Assembly (NCBI GenBank): GCA_963713605.1
Contig: CAVQMO010000001.1
Span: forward strand, 768,001 to 832,000
Origin: an uncultured Nitrososphaerales archaeon
GTDB taxonomy: Archaea; Thermoproteota; Nitrososphaeria; Nitrososphaerales; Nitrososphaeraceae
Reading direction: 5' to 3'
DNA length: 64,000 bases
Both the position numbers and the translations under genes were made by a program. Numbering within the stretch: position 1 is the first letter of the stretch; every line of letters begins with the position of its first letter. Positions 10,800 to 22,450 of the stretch are shown here, in pieces. The notes below the pieces were generated by a model. The model saw only the letters and a list, made by a program, of their open reading frames with translations. It made no database searches and was not told the origin of the DNA.

Positions 10800-11531
10800 T
10801 CAGATGCTCATGCTCCTTGCCATGTCCACTATTTCATTTGGACTTAACTGACAAATTCTCTTTGATAAGTTATGACCGGATTTGAGTCCAAGATTTGAGG
10901 CCACTTTACGAACAATTCTTCTTTTTTGTGAGAATAGTAGGCCGATATTCTTTTTTGCCTCGTAGGAGAGTTGTCGTCCTGAGGGCACCAATTTAATAAC
11001 TTGAGATGAAACCGTGGGTGGCGGACTAAATGAGGTACTTGGAACTTCGAATAATTCTTTAACATTAAAGCAATATCCACATATTACGGAAATTGCTCTA
11101 TAGGATCGCTTCCCTGGAGTCGAAGAGAGTTTTTTTGCGAATTCTCTTTGTACCATAATTATTGCCCTGTTAAATTGATGATTTGTTAGCCACAATATAG
11201 TTTCTTTGCTCCTCGAATAGGGAATGTTAGAGACACAAACATCAAATTCAAAACTCATCGGATTACGACTAAAGGGATTTACATTCAGCAAAAGCAGATT
11301 ATTACAGTGCGCCAATTTCTGCTTCGTAAACTCAAACTTGGCCTTGTCAATTTCAACAGAAATCACTTGTTCCGCATTCATGCAAAGGTGGGCTGTGAGA
11401 GCTCCCTCTCCTGCACCGATCTCTAATACTTTCTCAGTTTTTGCCAGCTTCGTTTCACGAATGATCTGTTCAATAACCTTCCTGTCTGTAAGTATATGTT
11501 GCCCTAGAGAGTTTGGACCTGTGAATCTCAT
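10800..11531 (-). CDS. rsmA: 16S rRNA m6,2A dimethyltransferase
   Basis: LGQHIL, VLEIGAGEGALT, SNIPY, MVQREFA, FSPPPTVSS. Confidence 0.93.
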   Translation of the reverse strand: MRFTGPNSLGQHILTDRKVIEQIIRETKLAKTEKVLEIGAGEGALTAHLCMNAEQVISVEIDKAKFEFTKQKLAHCNNLLLLNVNPFSRNPMSFEFDVCVSNIPYSRSKETILWLTNHQFNRAIIMVQREFAKKLSSTPGKRSYRAISVICGYCFNVKELFEVPSTSFSPPPTVSSQVIKLVPSGRQLSYEAKKNIGLLFSQKRRIVRKVASNLGLKSGHNLSKRICQLSPNEIVDMARSMSI

Positions 11532-12160
11532 CTCCTCACGAAAAGGTTCATGCGAGCTTCACCAGTTATTTCTTCAACGATTCTCTTTGCTATCAATTTG
11601 GCAGGGTCCTTTAGACCAATTCTGTCTTGAATATCCTGAAAGGACTCGAATTTCTTCGTTTCCCTTCCTTTTATTATCGCCATCATGTATGTCTTCCCGA
11701 TGCCAGGAATGAGCTCTAGCGCGTGAATTCTAGGAGTTACCGGTTGCGCAATATTTACATAATCGATAAATCTCTTTTCATTCTCTAACACAATTTTTTC
11801 GACTGTCACGAGCAGTTCATTTTTAGCCGTCTGAGATATACTTGAGTATTCCAATCTCCCAAGAACGCTGATAATTTTTTCTCTTCCATCTCTTCCTATG
11901 TACAGCCTTTCTCCTACTTCGAAGGTTGCGTTTCCATATCCGAGCAATTCCAACAACGTGAGTCTTTCTTCACCAATTGCTTGTATTATAACACCCTCAC
12001 GACCCCTTACGGTTGAGGACTTTCCGCGTTGCGTGAAATCCAATATGTAGGCATATTCTTCGTATTTACGTTGAGGTTGGTGATGATGTGCATAAGTATC
12101 ATCATTTCTCCAAGTACGATCGGATCTGTCCACAGACATTGACAATCGTTTTATTCCCAC
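11528..12160 (-). CDS. DUF655 family putative RNA-binding protein (HhH)
   Basis: EEYAYILDF, RIHALELIPGIGK; conserved rpl21e-rpo4-DUF655-ksgA gene order. Confidence 0.9.
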   Translation of the reverse strand: MGIKRLSMSVDRSDRTWRNDDTYAHHHQPQRKYEEYAYILDFTQRGKSSTVRGREGVIIQAIGEERLTLLELLGYGNATFEVGERLYIGRDGREKIISVLGRLEYSSISQTAKNELLVTVEKIVLENEKRFIDYVNIAQPVTPRIHALELIPGIGKTYMMAIIKGRETKKFESFQDIQDRIGLKDPAKLIAKRIVEEITGEARMNLFVRR

Positions 12161-12183
12161 CTAATTGATTAGTGGCTGAATAT

Positions 12184-12516
12184 TTAACCTTCAGCTTTCT
12201 GTTTCAATATCTCTAACATTTTTTCCAACGTATTGGTCAAAATCAGTTTTTTCCATCCAAATGTAAATGACCTTAGTTCCTCAAGCGACTTTGGTAATAT
12301 GTTTACTAATTCGACTGCCTCTTCTTCCTTTAATTCACAATCCCTAATCTGTTCCTCGACCATCTTGCGTGAGGTTTTTGCATCGAGTTTCGAGAATCTT
12401 GTAACGAAATCAAAAGTCCATCTTTGGATCTGGTCCATTTCATCAGGTTTCACCTTCTCTAGGATCTCCTTAACCTCTGGTAACGTGATTATTTCTTTCT
12501 TCTCAATCTCTGTCAT
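12184..12516 (-). CDS. rpo4: RNA polymerase subunit Rpo4 (F)
   Basis: ITLPEVKEIL, AVELVNILPKSLEELR; synteny with L21e and DUF655. Confidence 0.92.
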   Translation of the reverse strand: MTEIEKKEIITLPEVKEILEKVKPDEMDQIQRWTFDFVTRFSKLDAKTSRKMVEEQIRDCELKEEEAVELVNILPKSLEELRSFTFGWKKLILTNTLEKMLEILKQKAEG

Positions 12517-12520
12517 TAAA

Positions 12521-12811
12521 CTAATTCACAGCCGTTAGATGTTTTACATGATTGAGCCTAGTTTGTAAGATTTTCTGTTTATTGCCAATAACCACTGAAG
12601 TCTTCAACGTCCTTCTTCCAACTTGCAATACAGTCCCGACTTTACCTTGGTATCTTCTATGAGGGGTTGTCCTATGTTCCCTAGGATCTATCGTAATGAT
12701 TACCTTGTCACCAGGACTGTACTCAGTAAGCAGGTATGATAGCCCCTTTGGAACATTATTCTGCGTCATAACTGAGCGAGACTTCCTCCTGTAGCCATGT
12801 GAACTAGGCAT
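12521..12811 (-). CDS. rpl21e: 50S ribosomal protein L21e
   Basis: MPSSHGYRRKSR, PHRRYQGKVG. Confidence 0.95.
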   Translation of the reverse strand: MPSSHGYRRKSRSVMTQNNVPKGLSYLLTEYSPGDKVIITIDPREHRTTPHRRYQGKVGTVLQVGRRTLKTSVVIGNKQKILQTRLNHVKHLTAVN

Positions 12812-12862
12812 TTTATTTCCTGTACTTACAGGCCTTAATTTAATAGTAACTGCTTGCAACAA

Positions 12863-13852
12863 TCAATGTTCTTCTGGATCAGTAGCTCCCTTCTCTGAAA
12901 GCGAGAAAAGCACCTCAGTTTCTGGGTGATAAGGACTGTCTACCATCCTTGCAATTCTATTCCTGCCTGAGCGCTTGAGATAAATGCGGTATGTGCTAGT
13001 GTGGGCCACTACATTGCCGCCTGCCGGTCTGAACGCGTCGCCAAAAATTGAATCTGGAGAGGATTGAATCTGATTGGTAATTACTACAGCAACACCGTAT
13101 GTTTCAGAAATTCTTAAAAGGATGTGCATAAATTTATTTAGTTTCTGCTGCCTTTCTGAGAGTGTCGCCCTACCCAAGAATTCCGCTCTATAGTGTGCAA
13201 CGGCAGAATCCACTATAACCAGCTTAACCCCATTGGCATCTATGATTGGACCTGTTTCATCAATTATTAATTCCTGGTGTGCGGAGTTGTATGCTTTAGC
13301 TACAATGATGCTATCAAGAACTTGGTCGGGTACAATATTTCTTGCACTACATATAGAAACTATGCGTTCGGGTCTAAAGGTATTTTCAGTATCTACGTAA
13401 ATTGCTTTACCGCCCAACCCTCCATGGGCTCTGTTCTGTGATACCATCACGCACAAACTGTGACATATCTGTGTCTTGCCAGTCCCGTACTCTCCATAAA
13501 TTTCTGTGATAGCACGAGTCTCAACCCCTCCTCCTCCGAATAGGGTGTCAAGGTTTCTAGAACCTGTTGATATTCGTTCAGCGGTAAGTCGTTTATTATA
13601 CAATTTACGTGCTGTTACGAAGCTTTTCTCCAATACCCCCGCGTCCTCAAGTCTTTGTCGAGCCCGATTACATAGAATAGCTGATTTTTCTATATCCATC
13701 CCCGTAGCTTCTGAAATATCAACGGGTCCTCTAACAACCAAATCTTTAAGCGACCTAAACCCTGAGCTTTCGAGATGCGTTCTTGTGGCGATTCCTATCT
13801 CCTCTATAGAACAAAGATCAAGCGCTGTCTTTGGAGCATCATCGTCATTCAA
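12863..13852 (-). CDS. radA: DNA repair and recombination protein RadA
   Basis: N-terminal HhH, Walker A GEYGTGKT, DTENTFRPER, RAEFLGRATLSERQQ, GGNVVAH. Confidence 0.93.
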   Translation of the reverse strand: MNDDDAPKTALDLCSIEEIGIATRTHLESSGFRSLKDLVVRGPVDISEATGMDIEKSAILCNRARQRLEDAGVLEKSFVTARKLYNKRLTAERISTGSRNLDTLFGGGGVETRAITEIYGEYGTGKTQICHSLCVMVSQNRAHGGLGGKAIYVDTENTFRPERIVSICSARNIVPDQVLDSIIVAKAYNSAHQELIIDETGPIIDANGVKLVIVDSAVAHYRAEFLGRATLSERQQKLNKFMHILLRISETYGVAVVITNQIQSSPDSIFGDAFRPAGGNVVAHTSTYRIYLKRSGRNRIARMVDSPYHPETEVLFSLSEKGATDPEEH

Positions 13853-14063
13853 GGGTTAATACTGGTAAACAATCCATTCTTAATTAGTCTTAGGTGAAAG
13901 GTTATTGTATCTGACCACGCTCTGTCGAACCCGCAAGCAAATATTTTGTCATTAATTCGATTACCCTAATTGGAAACAGATATTGACTTAAATCAATTTT
14001 GCCAGATGCAACAATTAAATAGTAAAACTTACGTCTTGTTCCTTGTTTATCCTGGTGCGATAA

Positions 14064-14732
14064 TTGCTAGTTGATTTGAACCTCAACGGGAAACAAGTCA
14101 TTATTGTAGGTGGCGGAACAGAAGGTTTAAGGAAGTTGAGAGGACTTGAAGATCAGAATTGTGAAATAATTCTGATCACGAACCGGTTGAATAAGATAAT
14201 CAAGGGTCTACAAGACAAAGGGAAACTCTCTCTGCGAAAAGAGCATGTTAAGGATACCAGCTTTCTTAAAGAATATAAGAATCCATTTCTAGTTTTAGCA
14301 TGCACTAATAATAAACATCTAAATCGTGTAATAGCTAAAGAGGCTAGCTTAGTGGGGGCGTTGTCATACGCGGTAGATGACCCATCGGTTAGCGATTTCT
14401 CATATGCTTCTATAATTAATGTTGAAGGGATCCTTCAAATCGCCATTTCTACCTCAGGGAGAAGTCCAATAGTTGCCAGAAGATTTCGGATAAAAGCAGA
14501 AAGGGTCTTAAGGAGATTAGTAAGTAAGTCGGATATTGAAAACATCCGACTCCAAGAAACTGCGAGAAGAATGATTAGGACGAGAATACCCACCGTCAAT
14601 GAAAGAAAGGAATTTCTGTACTCTATTATTAATAATGTTACTATCCAGAAGCTTATTAAAGAAGACCGATTTGATGATGCTCGACAGGAATTAGTTGCAT
14701 TAATAAACTCTTGGGAGGGTAAAGGAAACTAA
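14064..14732 (+). CDS. sirC: Precorrin-2 dehydrogenase / sirohydrochlorin ferrochelatase (SirC/Met8 type)
   Basis: IIVGGG Rossmann motif, AVDDP, IAISTSGRSP. Confidence 0.88.
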   Translation: MLVDLNLNGKQVIIVGGGTEGLRKLRGLEDQNCEIILITNRLNKIIKGLQDKGKLSLRKEHVKDTSFLKEYKNPFLVLACTNNKHLNRVIAKEASLVGALSYAVDDPSVSDFSYASIINVEGILQIAISTSGRSPIVARRFRIKAERVLRRLVSKSDIENIRLQETARRMIRTRIPTVNERKEFLYSIINNVTIQKLIKEDRFDDARQELVALINSWEGKGN

Positions 14733-16026
14733 ATGACACAATTCGAGCCTCTATACAGAGAACATCAATTCTGTAACGCTCGAATCACTTACAAGAAGGC
14801 TCCCATTCACCTTCTCGAAAGATTCACGTTTAAGAACATTAATGAAGCATATGCTAGATTCAGGGAGCTCTCACCTGATAGTGAGTGTGTTATTTTGCAA
14901 ACGTGCAATAGGGTGGAAATTTTTTTGTCTTCGGATAAAACCCTAGGTGAACAGGAAATATTAGAGATTTGGTCATCAGTCACTGGTTTGTCAAAAATGG
15001 AATTTTCAGGCAATATAGAGTTAAGCTTCGGACAAGAAGCCATTATGCATCTCTTAAGGCTAACATCCGGTCTAGATTCCCTGGTAATAGGTGAGGATCA
15101 AATATTAGGACAAGTAAGGAGGTCTTTTGAATTCTCGAGGTGCAATGGCCATTCTAGTTCGAATCTCTCATTAATATTCCTGAAAGCCCTCAAAGTTGGA
15201 AGTAAAGTAAGAACAACTACTCGATTGAATAAAGGTAACGTCTCAATTGGTTCTGTGGCAGTTAACATCGCAGAGAATTACTTCGATGATCTCAAAAGTA
15301 GAAGCATATTGATAATAGGGTCTGGGGAAGGAGCTAGTCTGGTTGCAAAGTCATTGAGGCAAAGGGAGGTTAGATTTATGATTACAAGTAGAACCTTTGA
15401 AAGAGCGAAATCCTTCGCAGATACGGCAGGCGGACATCCTATTGTTTTTGAAGGCGCCTTGTCTGGTCTTACTGGATATGATGTAGTCTTCGTATCGACC
15501 ACCGCACCCTATTTCTTGCTTACGTATGAAAGGATTAGCAAAGCGATGTCAACAAGAAATAAGGGGATGCTAGTTTTCGATCTATCGAATCCTAGAACGG
15601 TAGAGGACCAAATTATGTACCATTAAAGGAATCAAACTAATTAATATGGACCAGATCGCCGAAATCGCAGAGAACAATCTCAAACTTCGAAAAAACGAGA
15701 TATTTTCTGCAGAGCAAATAATCGATAAAGAGGCCCAATCGTTTGAGGATATTCTTAAGAGTAAGAGAGTAGAACTATTGATCGATTCGGTTTTCAGGTC
15801 AGTTGAGGCATTGCGAGAGGCTGAACTAGAGAAGGCAATGTCCATTTTTTCAGCAAAGTTCGGTGCAGAAGACAAGAGAACTATTAGAGAGCTTTCTCGT
15901 TCAATAGTCTCTACTGTTTTATCGACTCCTATGAACAACCTTCGGAAGGAGGCTCGAAAAGGAAGAGTCTCTGAGCAGGACCTAATTAGAATCGTCGAAA
16001 GCTTATTTACTTATGACAATGGATAA
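14733..16026 (+). CDS. hemA: Glutamyl-tRNA reductase (frameshift near 15615)
   Basis: LQTCNRVE, GLDSLVIGEDQILGQV, DLSNPR; C-terminal dimerisation domain in next frame. Confidence 0.93.
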
Positions 16027-17014
16027 ATCTTCGCCAGGATTTCCGAAGGTAAGGCTAAGACGGCTCAGAAAGAATCCGGCGATACGACAGCTGTTGCAAG
16101 AGACCAGAATTTCGGTCAAGGATTTTATTTATCCAGTTTTTGTAAAGGAAGGGATTACTTCAGCTGAAGAGAGTAAAGCAATGGCGGGCGTAAGAAAATT
16201 TCCCTTATCCGGTCTCATTAAAGAAATTCAGGAGTGCTTTGATCTTGGAATGCGTGCGTTTATCATCTTTGGGATCCCCTCCTCAAAAGACGAGAGTGGT
16301 AGTTCAGCATTTAGTAGACACGGGATAGTGCAACAATCGATAGAAACTCTGAGAAAAGCCTTCGGCGATCAGATAGTCATTATTAGCGACGTATGCCTAT
16401 GTCAGTATACTCTTTCAGGTCATTGTGGAATCTTGAGAGGAAGTAGGGTTGATAATGATCTAAGCCTCGATCTGCTAGCAAAGATAGCCGTGAGCCACGC
16501 AGATTCAGGTAGTGATATGGTTGCTCCCTCTGCAATGATGGATGGTCAAGTAAAGGCCATTAGGGAAGCACTAGATGGCAGTGGATTCACAGACACTATA
16601 ATCATGGGATACTCTGCAAAACACGCTTCTTCACTTTATTCCCCCTTTAGAGAGATCTCTGACTCTGCTCCATCTCTGGGTGATCGGAAGACGTATCAAA
16701 TGTCGTTTCCCAATTTTCGAGAGGCCCTTAGGGAAGTGATGATGGATATTCAGGAAGGAGTAGACATAATAATGGTCAAACCTGCTGTTCCTTATCTGGA
16801 TTTGATTAGGAAGGTAAGAGAGATGACTAATTTACCTCTTTGTGCCTTTAGTGTTTCAGGTGACTACGCAATGATAAAAGCTGCCTCGACTCAGGGTCTG
16901 ATTGACGAAAAACAAGCTGTGCAAGAAATGCTAATTTCAATAAAGAGGGCCGGTGCTGATATCCTCATAACGTATCACGCCAAACTGATTTCTCAGATAC
17001 TGAATGGAAAATAG
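16013..17014 (+). CDS. hemB: Porphobilinogen synthase (Zn-type)
   Basis: DVCLCQYTLSGHCG, APSAMMDG, MVKP. Confidence 0.97.
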   Translation: MTMDKSSPGFPKVRLRRLRKNPAIRQLLQETRISVKDFIYPVFVKEGITSAEESKAMAGVRKFPLSGLIKEIQECFDLGMRAFIIFGIPSSKDESGSSAFSRHGIVQQSIETLRKAFGDQIVIISDVCLCQYTLSGHCGILRGSRVDNDLSLDLLAKIAVSHADSGSDMVAPSAMMDGQVKAIREALDGSGFTDTIIMGYSAKHASSLYSPFREISDSAPSLGDRKTYQMSFPNFREALREVMMDIQEGVDIIMVKPAVPYLDLIRKVREMTNLPLCAFSVSGDYAMIKAASTQGLIDEKQAVQEMLISIKRAGADILITYHAKLISQILNGK

Positions 17015-17067
17015 GAAGCTCGGAATGAAATTATAACGACAATTACATTCTGGTCTTTGATCGATGA

Positions 17068-18348
17068 ATGTACGATAACTCACGAATTCTTTACGATCGG
17101 GCAACCAAAATTATTCCCGGTGGCGTTAACAGCCCAATTAGGTTCTTCAAGCCTTTCCCTTTCTTTGCGGCTTCGGCGAATGGCAGTAGAGTAACCAGCA
17201 GTGACCACATCAGTTATGTAGATTATTGCATGGGTTATGGGTCATTGCTCTTAGGGCATGCATTTGGGGAAATATTGGAAGCTGTTAAGTCGCAGCTAAA
17301 TATTGGCTCTCTTTACTGTATTCCCACCGAAAAGGAGGTTATCCTCGGAGAGATGATTGCTCAACTTATTCCGGCATGTGAAATGACTAGGGTCGTGAAT
17401 TCTGGGATGGAGGCTACAATGAATGCTATTAGGCTCGCTAGAGCGCACACTAGACAGAACAAGGTTATCAAATTCGAAGGGTGTTACCACGGTGCACAGG
17501 ATTATTCACTGGTTAATGGCGACAGTTTTGGGCATGGCACATCCTCATCTAGTGGCATTCCTAAAGAATTTAGCTCGGAGACGATTGTGATTCCATTTAA
17601 TGATCCTAAGCAATTGGAAGAGGTGATAAGGAAGAGAAATGATATCTCGTGCGTTATCCTCGAACCAGTTCCGGCTAATATGGGTCTAGTAATCCCTGAC
17701 AAGGAATATCTCACCTTTATTAGAAAAGTTACTATGGAAAAAAATATTGTGCTGATCTTCGATGAGGTTGTAACAGGTTTTCGTCTTGCGCTTGGTGGAG
17801 CAAGTGAATTCTTTGGAATTAGACCTGATATCGTAACCTATTCAAAGTCAGTGGCAAATGGATTTTCTTTAGCAGCCATCTGCGGCAGGAGAGAGTTGCT
17901 CGAACAGTTCTCTCCATCTGGAGATGTGTATCAGGCGAGCACATACGGTGGTAACCCGGTAGCAGTCACCGCCGCCCTTGCTACCATCTCTGTTCTGAAC
18001 AGAGGTCGAGATCAAATATATCCAAGAATGAATAGGATATGCGATTCATTGATAGATGGCATCAAAGAAGTAGCACATGAAAGAAAAATTCCGTGCAAGA
18101 TAAACAATATCAGTTCAATGTACCAGTTATTCTTTACATCTAGAGATGTCAGAGATATGGCCTCAGCCAGAACGTCTAATCTTGATAGGTTTAATGTGCT
18201 TTTTAGAGCATTGCTCGAAAAGGGCATCTTTATCCCTCCCTCCCAATTCGAAACTTGTTTCCTGTCCTATGCACATGCGGATGAAGATATCGACAAAACG
18301 ATTGAAGCATATGATTACGCGTTCAGTTTGATGAGTTCAAAGAAATGA
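17068..18348 (+). CDS. hemL: Glutamate-1-semialdehyde 2,1-aminomutase
   Basis: PGGVNSP, FEGCYHG, FDEVVTGFR, PPSQFE. Confidence 0.97.
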   Translation: MYDNSRILYDRATKIIPGGVNSPIRFFKPFPFFAASANGSRVTSSDHISYVDYCMGYGSLLLGHAFGEILEAVKSQLNIGSLYCIPTEKEVILGEMIAQLIPACEMTRVVNSGMEATMNAIRLARAHTRQNKVIKFEGCYHGAQDYSLVNGDSFGHGTSSSSGIPKEFSSETIVIPFNDPKQLEEVIRKRNDISCVILEPVPANMGLVIPDKEYLTFIRKVTMEKNIVLIFDEVVTGFRLALGGASEFFGIRPDIVTYSKSVANGFSLAAICGRRELLEQFSPSGDVYQASTYGGNPVAVTAALATISVLNRGRDQIYPRMNRICDSLIDGIKEVAHERKIPCKINNISSMYQLFFTSRDVRDMASARTSNLDRFNVLFRALLEKGIFIPPSQFETCFLSYAHADEDIDKTIEAYDYAFSLMSSKK

Positions 18349-19295
18349 GAAATTACACAGTAGGAACGAGACATAGTAGACTGGCCTTGGAGCAAACCAA
18401 ATCTGTGGTGGATTTGCTAATGAGAACCAAGAGGCAAATATACATCAATATTCTTAGAATCAATTCCTCAGGAGATTTAGACGTGAGACCTCTTTACACA
18501 TTCGACAGGAAGGGCATATTTGAGAAGGAAATAGATCAAGCAGTAATTGATCGATACGCAGATTTCGCGGTTCACAGCGCCAAGGATGTACCAACTGAGC
18601 TCTTCTCGGATCTCACTCTAGCTTCTGTGCCGACTAGGTCTGCAGTCAATGACGTGCTAATACATCGGAATGGTTTGAAATTGAACGAGCTACCTTCCGG
18701 CGCCATGGTTGGAACCAGTAGCTTGAGACGGGCAGTCCAGCTCTTGAGGATGAAACCTGAATTGAAAGTAAAACCAATCCGTGGAAATATAGAGACAAGA
18801 ATAAGGAAGGTTGAAACTGGGCCATATGATGCCATCGTATTGGCGCAGGCCGGTTTAGATCGATTGGGTTTAACCAAGTATATAACGGAACGGTTTAATG
18901 TTACGGATTTTGTCCCAGCTGCTGGACAAGGGGCACTGGCACTCATCTGTAGGAGGGATAGGTCAGATCTGATAAATCTTTTGAAATTGGTAGAAGACCC
19001 TCTATCACGTGCTGAATTGGAGGCTGAAAGGAATCTCTTGTCGGTAGTCGAGGGAGGTTGTAAATTCCCAGTCGGTGTTGTGGCTTTATCCACCAAAAAA
19101 CCCAACCTATTGATTCTCAATGCAAAGGTATTCTCTGCTGACGGTTCAGATCAGATCTTTATCACCGAAAAGGGGCGAATCGAGGAAGCAAGAAATATTG
19201 GAATAAAGGCAGGACAAAGACTATTGGATGAGGGCGTCAAAGACTTCTCTGAGAGCTGGGAATTAGCTTTAAAGAATTGGAATAATCTGTCATGA
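18345..19295 (+). CDS. hemC: Hydroxymethylbilane synthase
   Basis: GTRHSRLA, AVHSAKD, GTSSLRR, RGNIETR, EGGC. Confidence 0.97.
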   Translation: MRNYTVGTRHSRLALEQTKSVVDLLMRTKRQIYINILRINSSGDLDVRPLYTFDRKGIFEKEIDQAVIDRYADFAVHSAKDVPTELFSDLTLASVPTRSAVNDVLIHRNGLKLNELPSGAMVGTSSLRRAVQLLRMKPELKVKPIRGNIETRIRKVETGPYDAIVLAQAGLDRLGLTKYITERFNVTDFVPAAGQGALALICRRDRSDLINLLKLVEDPLSRAELEAERNLLSVVEGGCKFPVGVVALSTKKPNLLILNAKVFSADGSDQIFITEKGRIEEARNIGIKAGQRLLDEGVKDFSESWELALKNWNNLS

Positions 19296-20050
19296 ATTCC
19301 CCAAAGGTGTTTATTTGCGGGGCTGGCCCCGGAGATCCAGGGCTTATCTCTGTTAAGGGATACAGGCTTTTAACGAAATGCGATGTGGTGCTTTATGACA
19401 GATTAGTTAGCAAGAAGCTGGTAGACAAGATTCCCTCGACGATAAAGAAAATCTATGTCGGGAGGGAATCAGGCAAAGCCACCTCGATGCATCAGTCAAG
19501 AACAAACAAGCTTATGGTGACTTTTGCTCGAAAAGGGAAAAGCGTATTGAGACTTAAGGGAGGTGACCCATTGATTTTCGGAAGAGGAGGAGAAGAAGCA
19601 GAATACTTACGCAAACATGACATCCAGTTTGAGATTATACCTGGTATTTCATCAGCGATTGCCGCTCCAGCCTATGCAGGGATTCCTCTCACCCACAGAA
19701 ACTACTCGTCATCGGTCGCCTTCATAACTGGTCATGAAAATGAAAGGAAAAATCATTCAAATCTAGATTTGAAACTTGTGGCTTCTGCTGTCGATACAAT
19801 AGTCGTGTTGATGGGTATAGAAAGAATCAAAGAAATTGTTCAAAACTTGAAGGCGGGTGGTTTGAAGGGAAGTACCAGGGTAGCAATTGTAGAGAAAGGA
19901 ACTATGGAAGATCAGAGGGTAATAATAGGAAACTTGAACACTATCCTGAAAAAGGTTGTAATATACAAGGTAACCTCTCCAGCAGTGATAGTGGTGGGTC
20001 GTGTCGTTTCCTTATCTGAGCGTCTGACGTGGTTATCTCCAAATGATTAA
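19292..20050 (+). CDS. cobA: Uroporphyrinogen-III C-methyltransferase
   Basis: GAGPGDP, RLKGGDPLIFGRGGEE, GIPLTHR. Confidence 0.96.
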   Translation: MNSPKVFICGAGPGDPGLISVKGYRLLTKCDVVLYDRLVSKKLVDKIPSTIKKIYVGRESGKATSMHQSRTNKLMVTFARKGKSVLRLKGGDPLIFGRGGEEAEYLRKHDIQFEIIPGISSAIAAPAYAGIPLTHRNYSSSVAFITGHENERKNHSNLDLKLVASAVDTIVVLMGIERIKEIVQNLKAGGLKGSTRVAIVEKGTMEDQRVIIGNLNTILKKVVIYKVTSPAVIVVGRVVSLSERLTWLSPND

Positions 20051-20855
20051 ATCGGAGAACCACCAAGCGAGGCGGTACTTTGCAATTACACGAGAATCAT
20101 CAAAATCAGTTGGATTTAAGAAGGCAATGGAGAGTTACGGATGGACGGTCATCTTTCTCAAGTCCATAGTCATATCGCCTAAACCTTATCTTGAGATAGA
20201 GCGTATAGTTTTAAGAATTATTCAAAATGACTATGACGTCTGTGTGTTTCTGAGTGGAAATGTAGTAGAAATTCTTATGGCAAATGCTGATAACACTGGA
20301 AATAAATTAGCCTTAATATCTAAGCTACGCTCAATTAGAACTATTTGTATTGGTCCAAGAACCAAAGAAAAACTTTCACACTACGGGATCGATTCTGCAA
20401 GAGTGCCTGAAACGTACAACACACGTGGATTGATTGAGTGTCTTTCCAGTCACAAGAGCCAAGTACACAGAATTGTCGTACCACGGAGTCAGCTTGGAGA
20501 TAGTGAGATAGTGCTCTCCCTCTCAAGGCTGGGAATCTTTGTGGACCAGTATCAACTTTATGATACATCAACCAACTCAACTATCGACAACGAATGGAAG
20601 TGCTTTTTTTATCTATTAAGGGATAGAAATGTGGATGCAGTTGGTTTTACTAGCCCTTCGTCAGTAAGAGCATTATTCCAGATCGTAAAGAAAGAGGCAA
20701 GTCGTGATGATTTGATCTACCTTAGACATCTGAATGGTTTAGTCTCGATCGGACATAAAACGAGCACAGAGCTAAAGAAACACGCCTCGGGTCGAATCAT
20801 AGAAGCAGAAGAACACACTCTCAATGGCATGGTGCAGGCATCCGAATTAATCTGA
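20043..20855 (+). CDS. hemD: Uroporphyrinogen-III synthase
   Basis: ITR start motif, CIGPRT, FTSPSSV; last gene of the hem operon. Confidence 0.88.
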   Translation: MIKSENHQARRYFAITRESSKSVGFKKAMESYGWTVIFLKSIVISPKPYLEIERIVLRIIQNDYDVCVFLSGNVVEILMANADNTGNKLALISKLRSIRTICIGPRTKEKLSHYGIDSARVPETYNTRGLIECLSSHKSQVHRIVVPRSQLGDSEIVLSLSRLGIFVDQYQLYDTSTNSTIDNEWKCFFYLLRDRNVDAVGFTSPSSVRALFQIVKKEASRDDLIYLRHLNGLVSIGHKTSTELKKHASGRIIEAEEHTLNGMVQASELI

Positions 20856-21004
20856 AAAAAACAAAACAAAGCGGCTGTATCCCTTATATAGCAGTGGCGG
20901 CTATTTCATTGCTCAGAAGCCTGTCACCAGTGGTAGTCAGTGCCTGCTCGATTATCTAATAAGTTAACAAAATATATATAAGAAATAACGCCGTTATAAA
21001 TTAT

Positions 21005-22406
21005 ATGACAACTGAAAATTTGAACATGGATTATAGTAAGTATGACTTTAGGGATTCAATTGATAAGTATGTTTATTTAAGTAAGAAGGGACTTGCTAGA
21101 GAGACTGTAGAGGAGATTAGTCGGCTAAAAGACGAACCAGAATGGATGAAACAATTTAGGCTGCGCTCATATGATGTTTTCATGAGTAAGCCAATGCCTA
21201 ATTGGGGCGGGAACCTGTCAAAGATTGACTTCCAGAATATCTTCTATTACGCAAAGGCGTCAGAAAAACAAGGCAAGAGTTGGGAGGACGTGCCAGAATC
21301 AGTGCGAAATACGTTCGAGAAGTTAGGAATTCCAGAGGCAGAAAGGAAATTCTTAGCCGGAGTAGGTGCGCAGTACGAATCAGAGGTGGTGTATCACAAC
21401 CTTCGTGAGGATCTTGCCAGTCAAGGGGTAATATTTGTGGATACTGATACCGCGGTAAAAAAGCATCCAGACCTTCTAAGGAAGTATTTTGGGAAAATAA
21501 TCCCTCCTGAAGACAACAAATTTGCCGCATTGAATAGTGCAGTCTGGTCAGGTGGTTCCTTTATTTACGTACCACCAAATGTGAAAGTGGATCTTCCATT
21601 GCAGGCTTACTTCAGAATAAATGCAGAAAACATTGGTCAATTTGAAAGAACACTCATAGTTGCTGATGAGGGCGCAGAAGTTCACTATATTGAGGGATGC
21701 ACGGCGCCTATTTACTCTACAGAATCATTGCATTCTGCGGTTGTAGAGCTGAATAGCAAAGAAGGGAGCAAAGATCCGATATACTACAATCCAAAACTGG
21801 AGTAAAGATGTCTATAATCTAGTAACAAAAAGGGCATATGCCTACGAGAATGCCTCAGTCGAATGGATAGATGGCAACTTAGGAAGCAAGCTCACGATGA
21901 AGTATCCAGGAGTATACATGTTAGGACGAAATGCTCATGCCGAGGTAGTATCGGTAGCTTTTGCTGGCGCAGGTCAACATCAGGATGCTGGGGCAAAAGC
22001 GGTGCACTTGGCTTCTAACACTACCTCCCGAATTACAAGCAAATCTGTTAGTAAGGACTCAGGAAGAACAACATATAGGGGACTCTTGCATGTGGCTAAA
22101 GGTGCAAACGGGGTAAAGTCTAACGTCAGATGTGATGCTCTTCTCCTTGATGAAAAGTCTAGAACGGACACTTATCCTTATGTTGAGGTAAATGAAGAGG
22201 ATGCTACTATTTCTCATGAGGCGACTGTAGGCAGGATAGGAGAAGATCAAATATTTTACCTGATGAGCAGGGGATTTACAGAATCAGATGCCTTGTCTCT
22301 CATAGTTGGAGGATTCATGGAGCCATTCACGAAAGAACTCCCAATGGAATATGCAGTAGAGCTGAACAGGTTAGTCAAGCTCGAAATGGAAGGGTCAGTC
22401 GGCTAA
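21005..22406 (+). CDS. sufB: Fe-S cluster assembly protein SufB (frameshift near 21750)
   Basis: [50 protein letters not shown]. Confidence 0.95.
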
Positions 22407-22450
22407 TTTTAATTTGATGCGATGATATAGCGTGATAGGATGGAATAGAG